This document shows positions 7,635 to 15,588 of a stretch of DNA of 18,868 bases, one piece after another. The translations under genes were made by a program, and so were the position numbers. The DNA is taken from the NCBI GenBank assembly GCA_048772705.1, contig JBLWGC010000171.1, positions 1-18,868 of the forward strand, given 5' to 3'. The DNA comes from Leidyana gryllorum EB-2025a. Taxonomy: Eukaryota; Protista; Apicomplexa. The notes below the pieces were generated by a model. It worked only from the letters and a program-made list of their open reading frames with translations. It ran no database searches and was not told the DNA's origin. The number at the start of each line of letters is the position of its first letter. The stretch's first letter is position 1.

Positions 7635-7704
7635 GGGTCGCGCCGGGATCGAACCCAGGTCGCAAAATCCAAAGTGTCGAGTGCTAACCACCAAGGAGGC
7701 AACC
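7635..7704 (-). pseudogene. Degraded tRNA-Gln
   Basis: Shares lesions with 3919 copy. Confidence 0.8.
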
Positions 7705-7861
7705 GGTTCAGCCCATCCCAGAAGAGTCGGACTAGCGCTTCCTCAACTGGACACATGCAACACGGGTCTTGTATACAGACCCCAGCGTCAAGAGTTGGAT
7801 TCGAGTCGGGAAAAAACCTCAGTTCAATCATTCAACCAGTTGCGCTCTCCCCGAATGCTAC

Positions 7862-7943
7862 CGACAAGGGTGAGATTCGAACTCACGCGGGTGGCACCCA
7901 ACGGCTTAGCAGGCCGCCGCCTTAACCACTCGGCCACCTTGCC
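7862..7943 (-). tRNA. tRNA-Ser: tRNA-Ser(GCT)
   Basis: Differs from 3646 only in variable loop. Confidence 0.95.
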
Positions 7944-8051
7944 GACGACATCTCTTACTCGCTGGCACTTTTCACAACGGTTTGGGGTCCTAGTCAAGCT
8001 TGCTGAACCGTATGTGACATCACTGGCCGCAAAATGCCGAGTTCGACAGGT

Positions 8052-8133
8052 GGCAACTTGCCCGAGTGGTTAAGGGGGTAGACTCGAAATCTACTGGGCC
8101 TGGCCCGCACTGGTTCAAATCCAGCAGTTGTCG
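8052..8133 (+). tRNA. tRNA-Ser: tRNA-Ser(CGA), one T-stem mismatch
   Basis: GTAGA-CTCGAAA-TCTAC; variable arm GGGCC-T-GGCCC. Confidence 0.88.
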
Positions 8134-8197
8134 TGCGATGTGGTGGAAATGATGCAATTCCCAGCATCAAAAACTCATATGGGTCGAGACAGGGAAT

Positions 8198-8269
8198 GCC
8201 TCCTTAGCTTAGGGGCAGAGCATTCGCTTTGTAAGCGAAAGGTCGCTGGTTCGATTCCGGCAGGAGGCT
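8198..8269 (+). tRNA. tRNA-Thr: tRNA-Thr(TGT)
   Basis: TTCGC-TTTGTAA-GCGAA; GCCTCCT/AGGAGGC. Confidence 0.95.
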
Positions 8270-8304
8270 TCAGTCATTAGCCTAAACATGGTTGCAATCA
8301 TCCG

Positions 8305-8352
8305 CCCGCATTTTCGGACGGCGGCTTGCACACAGCACTCGGCCATCTTGCC
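8305..8352 (-). pseudogene. tRNA-Leu remnant
   Basis: GGCAAGATGGCCGAGTG-CTGTG...GTCCGAAA with deletions; related remnant at 16688-16730 (+). Confidence 0.65.
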
Positions 8353-8447
8353 GGAGTGTTCTTGGCTCGCCGTTCCACCCATTTCCTGTCGGTGAAATCT
8401 CAAAATGCGGGGACTTCTGGGGTTGGAGGCCGGCGAGTTTACTAGCG

Positions 8448-8519
8448 TCCGAGATAGTATAGTGGTCAGTATTTCCGCCTGTCACGCGGAAGACCCGGGT
8501 TCGATTCCCGGTCTCGGAG
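8448..8519 (+). tRNA. tRNA-Asp: tRNA-Asp(GTC)
   Basis: Intact cloverleaf. Confidence 0.95.
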
Positions 8520-8569
8520 CACAGATGGCTTCGCTGAAGATTCTTTGGTTCTCGATGAACGTCGCGAGC

Positions 8570-8643
8570 TACAGCCACCGAGGACCGAACTCGGGACCTT
8601 TTGGGTGTTGAGCAGACGTCGTAACCACTAAACCGTTGACTGC
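8570..8643 (-). pseudogene. Degraded tRNA-Val
   Basis: Aligns to Val(AAC); acceptor and anticodon stems broken. Confidence 0.85.
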
Positions 8644-8707
8644 ATGAATGGGCCCCGCAGCCCAAGAGGAGTGGCGAAGTTTTACGGAGCAGTGAGGACC
8701 AGTTCCA

Positions 8708-8778
8708 AGGTCGCGCCGGAAATCGAACCCAGGTCGGGAGATTCAGAGTCTCCAGTGCTAACCACTCACCACGCAACC
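8708..8778 (-). tRNA. tRNA-Gln: tRNA-Gln(CTG), 1-nt D-arm deletion
   Basis: GGAGA-CTCTGAA-TCTCC; GGTTGCG/CGCGACC, U73. Confidence 0.8.
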
Positions 8779-8963
8779 GCTTCAGCCCATCCCAGAAGAG
8801 TCGGTAGAACTATCCGGACTAGCCCTTTCTCAAATGAACACACGCAACACGAGTCTCTCCACTGACCGCTGAAATAATTAACTGGCTCCTGTATATAGCG
8901 CCCAGCGTAGAGCGTTCTATTTGAGTCGGACAATCATTGAAGCACGCTCTCCGCGAATGCTAC

Positions 8964-9017
8964 CGACAAGGGTGAGATTCGAACTCACGCGGGTGAAACC
9001 CAACGGCTTAGCAGGCC
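8964..9017 (-). pseudogene. tRNA-Ser(GCT) 3' two-thirds, 5' end lost at junction
   Basis: Matches 7862 gene up to AGGCC then switches to tRNA-Trp upstream flank. Confidence 0.88.
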
Positions 9018-9086
9018 CAAAAACACCCCCCGCTCCAGACTCATTGCCATGTGGTCCAACATCTCCGATCGTTCCAAACCATCTTC

Positions 9087-9158
9087 AGGGCACGCGCGGA
9101 GTTGAACCACGGACTTGCTGATCTGCAGTCAGCTGTTGTACCACTGAGCTACGTACCC
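9087..9158 (-). tRNA. tRNA-Cys: tRNA-Cys(GCA), D-stem mismatches
   Basis: GCTGA-CTGCAGA-TCAGC; GGGTACG/CGTGCCC, U73; D-stem GCTC/CAAC. Confidence 0.8.
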
Positions 9159-9254
9159 ACAAACTACCCGTCATACTCGCTCAACTCGATTCTGTCTTCT
9201 CTTCTGAAGCAAAACGGCCGGTATTGTGCACGAGCACAAACAACAACGAGTTGT

Positions 9255-9325
9255 GCATCTGTGGTCTTGTGGTAGAATGTGTCGTTGCCACCGAGACGAC
9301 CCAGGTTCGATTCCCGACAGACGCA
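9255..9325 (+). pseudogene. Degenerate tRNA-Gly(GCC)
   Basis: About 6 substitutions versus 10951 breaking stems. Confidence 0.82.
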
Positions 9326-9398
9326 GGAGGCACGCCTCAAACCGCCGTGGCAGATTGACAGAGACGCTGACAAGCTTCGGCACGAGGCCCGATCAGGG

Positions 9399-9441
9399 GG
9401 CTGTTTGGTCTGCAGGTATGATTTTTCCTCGCTTGGAAGAA
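9399..9441 (+). pseudogene. tRNA-Pro 5' fragment
   Basis: GGCTGTTTGGTCT..GGTATGATT..TGGAAGAA. Confidence 0.7.
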
Positions 9442-9452
9442 CATTGCAACTG

Positions 9453-9525
9453 GGTCTTGTAGCTCAGTCCGCAAAGCGTGTAGCTGTTTACCACAAAGTC
9501 GCAGTTTCGAAGCCTAGCGGTGCCG
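9453..9525 (+). pseudogene. Degraded tRNA-Asn
   Basis: GGTCTTGTAGCTCAGTC...CTGTT.ACCACAAAGTCGCAG matches 1717 gene. Confidence 0.82.
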
Positions 9526-9595
9526 GGAGGTGCGATATGCGATGCTCTGTTAGAGGTCTCTGTATTTAACTACCGGCAGGTCGCCCTACTGAGTT

Positions 9596-9668
9596 TGGAC
9601 GACCTGGGTATGGATCCTAGTACCTCTCGCATGCAAAGCGAGCGCTCTACCATCTGAGCTAGCCGCCC
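9596..9668 (-). tRNA. tRNA-Ala: tRNA-Ala(TGC), damaged T-arm (possible pseudogene)
   Basis: CTCGC-TTTGCAT-GCGAG; T-arm CTAGG-ATCCATA-CCCAG. Confidence 0.72.
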
Positions 9669-9728
9669 ATCCGCTCTACATGGAAAACCTTCTGCATCCA
9701 GTGGCTGACCGAGCACCGATACAACGGC

Positions 9729-9808
9729 TGACAAGAGTGGGATTCGAACCCACGCCCTTTCGGACTGCGGCCTTAACACAGCGCCTTAGACCACTCGGCC
9801 ATCTTACC
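9729..9808 (-). tRNA. tRNA-Leu: tRNA-Leu(AAG)
   Basis: CTGTG-TTAAGGC-CGCAG; intact arms, C3>T. Confidence 0.92.
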
Positions 9809-9968
9809 GAAGTGTTCTTGGCTCGCCACTTTACACGTTTTCTGTCCGTGAAGTTCTCGAGAAGGAAGACTTCTAGGGTTGAAGACGCGGAAGACGCGGG
9901 TTCGATGCCCTGTCTCGAAGACAGCACGTTTCCTCGCTTTGGGTGGAGCTCACTTCACATGTTCGAGC

Positions 9969-10041
9969 TACAGCCACCGAGGATCGAACTCGGGACCTTC
10001 TGCGTGTTAAGCAGACGTCGTAACCACTAGACCATGGCTGC
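9969..10041 (-). tRNA. tRNA-Val: tRNA-Val(AAC)
   Basis: Intact, identical to 4016. Confidence 0.95.
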
Positions 10042-10105
10042 ATGAAAGCTTTCCGCAGACCAAGAGAAGTTGCGAAGTTTCAAGACGTAGTGATGACTAG
10101 TTGCG

Positions 10106-10177
10106 AGGTCGCGCCGGGAATCGAACCCAGGTCGGGAGATTCAAAGTCTCCAGTGCTAACCACTACAACACGGAACC
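10106..10177 (-). tRNA. tRNA-Gln: tRNA-Gln(TTG), two mismatches
   Basis: GGAGA-CTTTGAA-TCTCC; C5:C68, G10>T. Confidence 0.82.
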
Positions 10178-10369
10178 ATTCACGACCAAGATTCAAAAGA
10201 GTGAGTGAGGCCATTGGGACTGGAAATAAATGCGGTCAAGGGCTCGAATGTTTCCGTGCCATTGAGACGACCCGCGTACGATACGAGGCGGCTTCAAATC
10301 TGGGTAAGTGCAAAAAATCTCATCTCGAGATGGTACGGCTTTCGTCCAAAGCTGCAGCTGAAGAAGTTG

Positions 10370-10442
10370 TCCACTGTAGTCTAAGTGGCTAGGATATGCG
10401 GCTTTCACCTGCACGATCCGGGTTCAAGTCCCGGCAGTGGAA
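10370..10442 (+). tRNA. tRNA-Glu: tRNA-Glu(TTC)
   Basis: TGCGG-CTTTCAC-CTGCA; GGTTCAAGTCC. Confidence 0.92.
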
Positions 10443-10517
10443 GTCATTTAACTACTCGAGCAAAGTGCTCCACTAATCTCCGTTGATAGTGCTTTTTCGT
10501 CATACCCGGCTTACATT

Positions 10518-10589
10518 GCCTTCTTAGCTTAGGGGCGGAGCGTTCGCTTCGTCAGCGAGAAGTCGCCGGTTCGACTCCGGCAGAAGGCT
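10518..10589 (+). tRNA. tRNA-Thr: tRNA-Thr(CGT), A37>C (possible pseudogene)
   Basis: TTCGC-TTCGTCA-GCGAG; acceptor and T-arm intact. Confidence 0.75.
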
Positions 10590-10655
10590 TTGATGCATCG
10601 ATAGGCTTAAGAGGAATGGCTGTCACCACGCGCAAGATTCACAAGATCGTGTTCT

Positions 10656-10710
10656 GCATCTGTGGTCTAGTGGAAGAGTCGCTCGCTGTGTGCGATTCCC
10701 GACAGATGCA
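10656..10710 (+). pseudogene. tRNA-Gly with internal deletion
   Basis: GCATCTGTGGTCTAGTGG...CGATTCCCGACAGATGCA; related remnant at 13248-13301. Confidence 0.8.
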
Positions 10711-10754
10711 AAACGATAGCATGATGAGTTTGTCGGCGGTTTCGATTCCGACCG

Positions 10755-10827
10755 TGGGAGTGGAGAGGATCGACCTCTCGACTTCAGGATTATGAGACCT
10801 ACGCGCTACCGACTGCGCTACACTCCC
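10755..10827 (-). tRNA. tRNA-Met: Elongator tRNA-Met(CAT), T54>G
   Basis: TAGGT-CTCATAA-TCCTG with U31:U39 typical of eukaryotic elongator Met; GGGAGTG/CACTCCC. Confidence 0.87.
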
Positions 10828-10950
10828 TAGTGAAACTACTCTCGATGCATCTCCTCCTGTCAAAAGGGTGCACGGGGATGCTGTATCAAAGGCCCAAAAC
10901 CATCCCCCGCTCCAGACTCATTACTTTGTGGTCAGGAATGGAGGTGTCAC

Positions 10951-11021
10951 GCATCTGTGGTCTAGTGGTAGAATGTCTCGTTGCCATCGAGACGACCCGG
11001 GTTCGATTCCCGGCAGATGCA
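10951..11021 (+). tRNA. tRNA-Gly: tRNA-Gly(GCC)
   Basis: Intact; TCTCG-TTGCCAT-CGAGA. Confidence 0.96.
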
Positions 11022-11171
11022 GAGGACACATGGTTGTTTTTCCACCATTCCAGAAATTCCGTCCCGCCGGGAGTTGAGGAGTGCACTTCTTACAACGTAG
11101 TTCGTCTGACACTCCTGTTCCTTTCCACCCTGATCGATGCTTCGCTACATCTACAGCCTCGCTCAAAGATT

Positions 11172-11243
11172 GTCCGAGTCGTCTGGTGGTTAGGACAGCA
11201 CGTTGTGGCCGTGCAAACCCAGGCTCGATTCCTGTCTCGGACA
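11172..11243 (+). tRNA. tRNA-His: tRNA-His(GTG), G14/C54, one T-stem mismatch
   Basis: GTCCGAG/CTCGGAC; GCACG-TTGTGGC-CGTGC. Confidence 0.8.
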
Positions 11244-11322
11244 AGCAGTTTAAAGTGCATTGCTCTTCGCCCCGGAATGTTGAAAATATCGTTGCAGCCA
11301 TGGTCAAGTCTGTACGATCGGC

Positions 11323-11395
11323 TGCACCTGCCGGGACTCGAACCCGGATCGTGCGGGTGAAAGCCGCATATCCTAGCCACTTAGACTACAGTGGA
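11323..11395 (-). pseudogene. Chimeric tRNA: Glu(TTC) body with Gly(TCC) 3' acceptor strand
   Basis: 5' TCCACTG...TTC..., ends CCCGGCAGGTGCA plus the Gly(TCC) flank seen at 3161-3171. Confidence 0.88.
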
Positions 11396-11577
11396 CAAGT
11401 GCTTGAGTTGAGGCTTCGGCCGAGAGCCGTACCGTCTTGGAAATCAGTGGTACCCAGCTCGTGCAATCTTACCGGAATCCGAGTGTGGCACCTTGGACCA
11501 CCCCGAAATCCGTGCTGTACTTGTGACACTGTTGAAGGTTTGAGGTTGAGCCTTCGAATCTCGCAGCAGTTGGACGA

Positions 11578-11657
11578 CCGGGGGTAGCTCAGTTGGTAGA
11601 GCATCTGACTGTAGTGCTGGCATCAGATAGTCGGCGGTTCGATTCCGTCCCACCGGA
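11578..11657 (+). tRNA. tRNA-Tyr: tRNA-Tyr(GTA) with 7-nt intron (11615-11621)
   Basis: Identical to 291-370 copy. Confidence 0.93.
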
Positions 11658-11845
11658 AGTAGAGTGGTGGTTGGCAGACTACTACTCAACCTGATGGGTT
11701 TTGCAGACATCGTTGATGGGCCAACTGGAATGAATCTGGCGGAGATTCCATGCATATACAACTCAAATCTTGTCTCAGCTGTCGGAGCAGCATATCTTAG
11801 ACAACCTTGAAGAGACGTGGCCTATTGAGTCAACAACTGACAGAC

Positions 11846-11917
11846 GGGCTGTTCTGGGCATCGAACCCAGGACTTCTTCCACCCAAAGGAAGAATCATAC
11901 CACTAGACCAAACAGCC
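11846..11917 (-). tRNA. tRNA-Pro: tRNA-Pro(TGG)
   Basis: CTTCC-TTTGGGT-GGAAG. Confidence 0.92.
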
Positions 11918-12005
11918 GACTGGTCGGTGGTGCAAATTGCTGGTAGAGTCGGGACACTGGCCATAATATGTCAAGAACCACTAAATGCTATGGTGTCTGC
12001 AAAGC

Positions 12006-12078
12006 GGGCGACTAGCTCAAATGACATAGCACTCGCTTAACATGCGAGAGATACTGGGATCGATGCCCAGGTCGTCCA
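12006..12078 (+). pseudogene. tRNA-Ala-derived gene with AAC anticodon, damaged D-arm
   Basis: GGGCGAC/GTCGTCC with G3:U70; CTCGC-TTAACAT-GCGAG; D-loop lacks GG. Confidence 0.82.
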
Positions 12079-12153
12079 AGCCTCTAACGGCTGCACCCGC
12101 GGTATATGAAAACAGAGTCACGACGAAGGGAGTTGATGCCCGATCACATCACA

Positions 12154-12235
12154 CGACAACTGCTGGATTTGAACCAGCGCGGGCCAGGCCCAGTAGATTT
12201 CGAGTCTACCCCCTTAACCATTCGGGCAAGTTGCC
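12154..12235 (-). tRNA. tRNA-Ser: tRNA-Ser(CGA)
   Basis: GTAGA-CTCGAAA-TCTAC; G15>A only. Confidence 0.92.
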
Positions 12236-12431
12236 AACGGTCAAACTCGGCAACCCGCAGACAGTGGCTTCACGTACGGTTCAGCAAGCTTGACTCATCT
12301 CCTGTCTCAAATAAGATAACGAGTCTTTCGAACTCCGCCTGCCACGTCACTCGACAGCTGCTAGATTCGAACCAGTGGGGCCAGGCGATACTGACGACTC
12401 AGGCGTTTGAGACAGTGAGGCTGTGGGTTGT

Positions 12432-12504
12432 GCGGTGGTGGCGCAATGGATAGCGTGTTGCCCTCCGGAGGCAAAGGTTGTGGGTTCGAGTCCCGCCCAC
12501 CGTT
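12432..12504 (+). tRNA. tRNA-Arg: tRNA-Arg(CCG)
   Basis: TTGCC-CTCCGGA-GGCAA; A20 in D-loop; GGTTCGAGTCC. Confidence 0.93.
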
Positions 12505-12771
12505 CTCGTGGTCTCGCTCAACAGTGGAATCGAGAAGAGTGGCTGCCATTCGGAGCCATGCAGACTTGCGCCATCCAAACTCAAGTTTGGGACCGCGGGC
12601 CACCACCCGATCTGTGCACTCTACTCTTTGAGCTAGAGGTCTCTTACTTCGAAGAGCTATTGCATGCCGTGCTTGGTGAGTGGACGATTGCCCATTGAAA
12701 ATCTGCGGAACGCTGCTGGTAAGCTCGAGTCGCACGGCTGCGAGGGATGACACCAAATGTCACAACCTCTC

Positions 12772-12844
12772 TGCCTCGGCCGTGGATCGAAGACGGGACT
12801 TTCAGATCTTCAGTCTGGCGCTTTCCCAACTGAGCTACCGAGGC
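12772..12844 (-). tRNA. tRNA-Phe: tRNA-Phe(GAA), three substitutions including G53>C (possible pseudogene)
   Basis: CCAGA-CTGAAGA-TCTGA; compare intact 16214 copy. Confidence 0.75.
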
Positions 12845-12931
12845 GGTAGGTAGTCACGGGAGGCGGTGAAAATAAGCACTTATCGCGGCCGTATGTGGGG
12901 CCACTCCTCGCCGCATGCCGGAATCGACAGT

Positions 12932-13007
12932 TGTCAACTTGCCCGAGTAGGGAAGGGGGGAATTCAACTGGGCCTGGGCCGCGCTGGTGCAGATCCAGCA
13001 GTTGTCG
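12932..13007 (+). pseudogene. tRNA-Ser pseudogene, anticodon arm disrupted
   Basis: CAACTTGCCCGAGT...CTGGGCCTGGGCCGCGCTGG...CAGTTGTCG. Confidence 0.82.
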
Positions 13008-13108
13008 TGCGATGTGATAGGGGTCAGACACCAACTCACGCATGAATTCTGTGGTGGAGATGATGCTATTCCCAGCATCAAACCCTCATATGGACCGAGA
13101 CAGCGAAT

Positions 13109-13180
13109 GCGTTCTTAGCTTAGGGGCAGAGCATTCGCTTAGTAAGCGAAAGGTCGCCGGTTCGATTCCGGCAGAAGGCT
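13109..13180 (+). tRNA. tRNA-Thr: tRNA-Thr(AGT), G3:G70 mismatch
   Basis: TTCGC-TTAGTAA-GCGAA; GGTTCGATTCC. Confidence 0.87.
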
Positions 13181-13345
13181 TTGATGCATCGATAGGCTTA
13201 TAAGAAATGGCTGTCACCGCGTACAAGATTGAACAGGGTCCTGTTCTGTATCTTCTCTCGCTACCATCGAGATAACCCGTGTCCGATTCCCGACAGATGC
13301 AAAACGATAGCATGATGAGTTTGTCGGCGGTTTCGATTCCGACCC

Positions 13346-13418
13346 TGGGAATGGAGAGGATCGAACTCTCGACTTCAGGATTATGAGACCTACGAGCCAC
13401 CGACCGCGCTACACTTCC
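13346..13418 (-). pseudogene. Degenerate elongator tRNA-Met(CAT)
   Basis: Anticodon and T-arms intact; A14>G, D-stem and acceptor mismatches. Confidence 0.78.
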
Positions 13419-13494
13419 CCTCCGACTTTTTCCGAAGAATTACCCGAACCCACAAGCATGCTGCCAGCCAGGTTGGGTCAAGATACAACAAACC

Positions 13495-13566
13495 GGGCTG
13501 TTCTGGGATTCGAGCCCAGGACTTCTTCCACCCGAAGGAAGAATCATACCACTAGACCAAACAGCC
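13495..13566 (-). tRNA. tRNA-Pro: tRNA-Pro(CGG), T54>C
   Basis: CTTCC-TTCGGGT-GGAAG. Confidence 0.87.
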
Positions 13567-13655
13567 GACAACCCACCATCCCGGTACAGCCTACAGTACT
13601 GTGGAATCAGTCGGCACAGCACGCGTTTCGGCTCCCTCTTTCATGTTGGACACTG

Positions 13656-13727
13656 AGCAGCGTGGCTCAGTTGGAGAGTGTTGGGCTCATGACAGGAATG
13701 TCCGTCGGTCGAAACGACGCACTGCTA
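13656..13727 (+). pseudogene. Degenerate initiator tRNA-Met
   Basis: A1-U72 (AGCAGCG...CTGCTA), GGG-CTCAT, TCGAAA T-loop; 3' anticodon stem no longer pairs. Confidence 0.8.
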
Positions 13728-13786
13728 AGCGTCAACAGGAGGACACACTTATAGAAATGATACAGGCGTCTTTTTGATTGAAGAGC

Positions 13787-13858
13787 TCCCCGATCTGGCT
13801 ATCAACCGCTACACGTTTGGCGTGCAAAGTCACCTCTCTACCACTTGAAATAGCCGCC
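13787..13858 (-). pseudogene. Highly degraded tRNA-Ala(TGC)
   Basis: Remnants TGCAAAG...CTCTACCA...TAGCCGCC align to 9596 copy. Confidence 0.5.
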
Positions 13859-14050
13859 AACCCGCCAAACCCAACTGAACTTTCCCCGACTCGGTTCCTC
13901 AACAGTGGCACTTCGAGCTCTCAAGCTCAACACTGCGGCACAGATCGCGGGGTGGTCGGAGATGCCAAACTCGAATTTGGATCGCGTAAGTCTGCATGGC
14001 TCGGAATGTCAGCCACTCTTATCGATTCCGCTGTAGAGCGAGACCACGAG

Positions 14051-14123
14051 AACGGTGGGCGGGACTCAAACCCACAACCTTTGCCTCCGGAGGGCAACAC
14101 GCTATCCATTGCGCCACCACCGC
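14051..14123 (-). tRNA. tRNA-Arg: tRNA-Arg(CCG), C56>T
   Basis: One change versus 12432. Confidence 0.85.
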
Positions 14124-14294
14124 ACAATCCACAGCCTCACTGTCTGCGACCCCTGAGTCGGTGATATCGCCTGGCCCCGCTGGTTCGATTCAGCAGTTGT
14201 CAAGTGGACGTAGTAGGCGGACTTCGAAAGACTCCTTACCTTATTTGAGACACGGGTATCAACTCTGCTAGACCCTCGTCAGAGCCTAGCAAAA

Positions 14295-14366
14295 GGGCTG
14301 TTCTGGGAATCGAACCCAGGACTCCTTCCACCCTAAGGAAGGATCATACCACTAGACCAAACAGCC
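14295..14366 (-). tRNA. tRNA-Pro: tRNA-Pro(AGG)
   Basis: Intact cloverleaf. Confidence 0.95.
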
Positions 14367-14454
14367 GACTGGTCGGTGGTGCAAATTGCTGGTAGAGTCG
14401 GGACACTGGTCATAATATGTCAAGAACCACTAAATGCTATGGTGTCTGCAAAGC

Positions 14455-14527
14455 GGGCCGCTAGCTCAAATGACATAGCACTCGCTTGACATGCGAGAGA
14501 TACTGGGATCGATGCCCAGGTCGTCCA
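14455..14527 (+). pseudogene. tRNA-Ala-derived gene with GAC anticodon, damaged D-arm
   Basis: Shares D-arm lesions with 12006; loop TTGACAT. Confidence 0.82.
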
Positions 14528-14606
14528 AGCCTCTAACGGCTGCACCCGCGGTATATGAAAACAACAGAGTCACGACCGAAGGGAGTTGATGCCCGATCAC
14601 ATCGCA

Positions 14607-14688
14607 CGACAACTGCTGGATTTGAACCAGCGCGGGCCCGGCCCAGTAGATTTCGAGTCTACCCCCTTAACCACTCGGGCAAGTTGCC
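14607..14688 (-). tRNA. tRNA-Ser: tRNA-Ser(CGA)
   Basis: Intact cloverleaf with variable arm. Confidence 0.95.
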
Positions 14689-14750
14689 GCTGTCGAACTT
14701 GGCATTTTGCGGCCAGTGGCTTCACATACGGTTCAGCGAGCTTTACTAGG

Positions 14751-14822
14751 ACTGCTCGCGCCGCCCAAACCCGCGGATCTCCCTTCAAAAGTCTTGCGCT
14801 CTACTGACGGAGTTGGGGCGCC
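14751..14822 (-). pseudogene. Degraded tRNA-Lys
   Basis: Same remnant as 5635-5706. Confidence 0.68.
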
Positions 14823-14992
14823 AAGGAAGCTCGCCCCGTACCCGAGGAAGGCCCAATATTCCACGATCAATACAAATGGAATTGGTTACTAAGTCCGAAT
14901 CTGTATCAGAGATCCACTCACTTGATCACGCCGACATACCATGTTTTCCAAGACGGTACGGCTCTCGGCCGAAGCCCCAACTCAACCACTCG

Positions 14993-15065
14993 TCCACTGT
15001 AGTCTAAGTGGCCAGGATATGCGGCTTTCACCCGCACGATCCGGGTTCAAGTCCCGGCAGTGGAA
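14993..15065 (+). tRNA. tRNA-Glu: tRNA-Glu(TTC)
   Basis: Intact cloverleaf. Confidence 0.95.
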
Positions 15066-15141
15066 GTCATTGAACTACTCTAGCAAAGTGCTCCACTAAT
15101 CTCCGTCAATAGCGATTGTTTCGTCATCTCCGGCTTCCATT

Positions 15142-15213
15142 GCCTTCTTAGTTTAGGGGCAGAGCGTTCGCTTCGTAAGCGAGAAGTCGCCGGTTCGATT
15201 CCGGCTGAAGGCT
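15142..15213 (+). tRNA. tRNA-Thr: tRNA-Thr(CGT), two substitutions
   Basis: TTCGC-TTCGTAA-GCGAG; T7:T66 mismatch. Confidence 0.83.
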
Positions 15214-15343
15214 CGACTGCATCGACTGGGTACCGGCAAGCTGCTCGCAAACTCCAATAATCGTAGCTCAGCCATCAGAGGTAAGTCTCTCAGCCACGAA
15301 GTCGCAGGTTTGGAACCTGCCGATACCTGAGGCACCCACAGGG

Positions 15344-15415
15344 GGCTGTTTGGTCTAGTTATATGATTCTTTCTTCGGCTGGAAGAAGTCCTGGGTTCAA
15401 TGCCACGTCTCTCCA
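15344..15415 (+). pseudogene. Degraded tRNA-Pro(CGG), 3' end replaced (Ala-like)
   Basis: GGCTGTTTGGTCTAG...TTCGG...CTGGGTTCAA then TGCCACGTCTCTCCA. Confidence 0.75.
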
Positions 15416-15516
15416 AGGTCGGCTACTATACGCGGCTCCCACTCGTACAATCCCGAATGAAGTCCAGACCAGCTGAGACAAAATCTGAGTTGCACCAGTT
15501 GTGAGGGCTGGAACTG

Positions 15517-15588
15517 CTCCGAGACCGGGAATCGAACCCGGGTCTTCCGCGTGACAGGCGGAAATACTAACCACTATACTATCTCGGA
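15517..15588 (-). tRNA. tRNA-Asp: tRNA-Asp(GTC)
   Basis: Intact, identical to 7375. Confidence 0.96.

Larger units (their letters stand above)
11846..12235. repeat. Pro-Ala*-Ser module, direct copy at ~14295-14688
   Basis: Spacers near-identical. Confidence 0.92.
12141..13180. repeat. Ser-Arg-Phe-Ser*-Thr module, inverted copy at ~16766-17814
   Basis: About 1 kb near-identical reverse complement with shared lesions; partial third copy at ~13935-14255. Confidence 0.92.

Noticed and set aside
10732-10754. GTCGG..CCGAC hairpin next to the Met 3' end as a terminator
   Set aside because: Matches the tRNA-Tyr T-arm (GTCGGCGGTTCGATTCCG), so it is more simply a tRNA remnant
14295-14367. Apparent C:C mismatch at the first pair of tRNA-Pro suggesting 5' editing
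   Set aside because: The correct register is GGCTGTT/AACAGCC with C73 discriminator, so there is no mismatch
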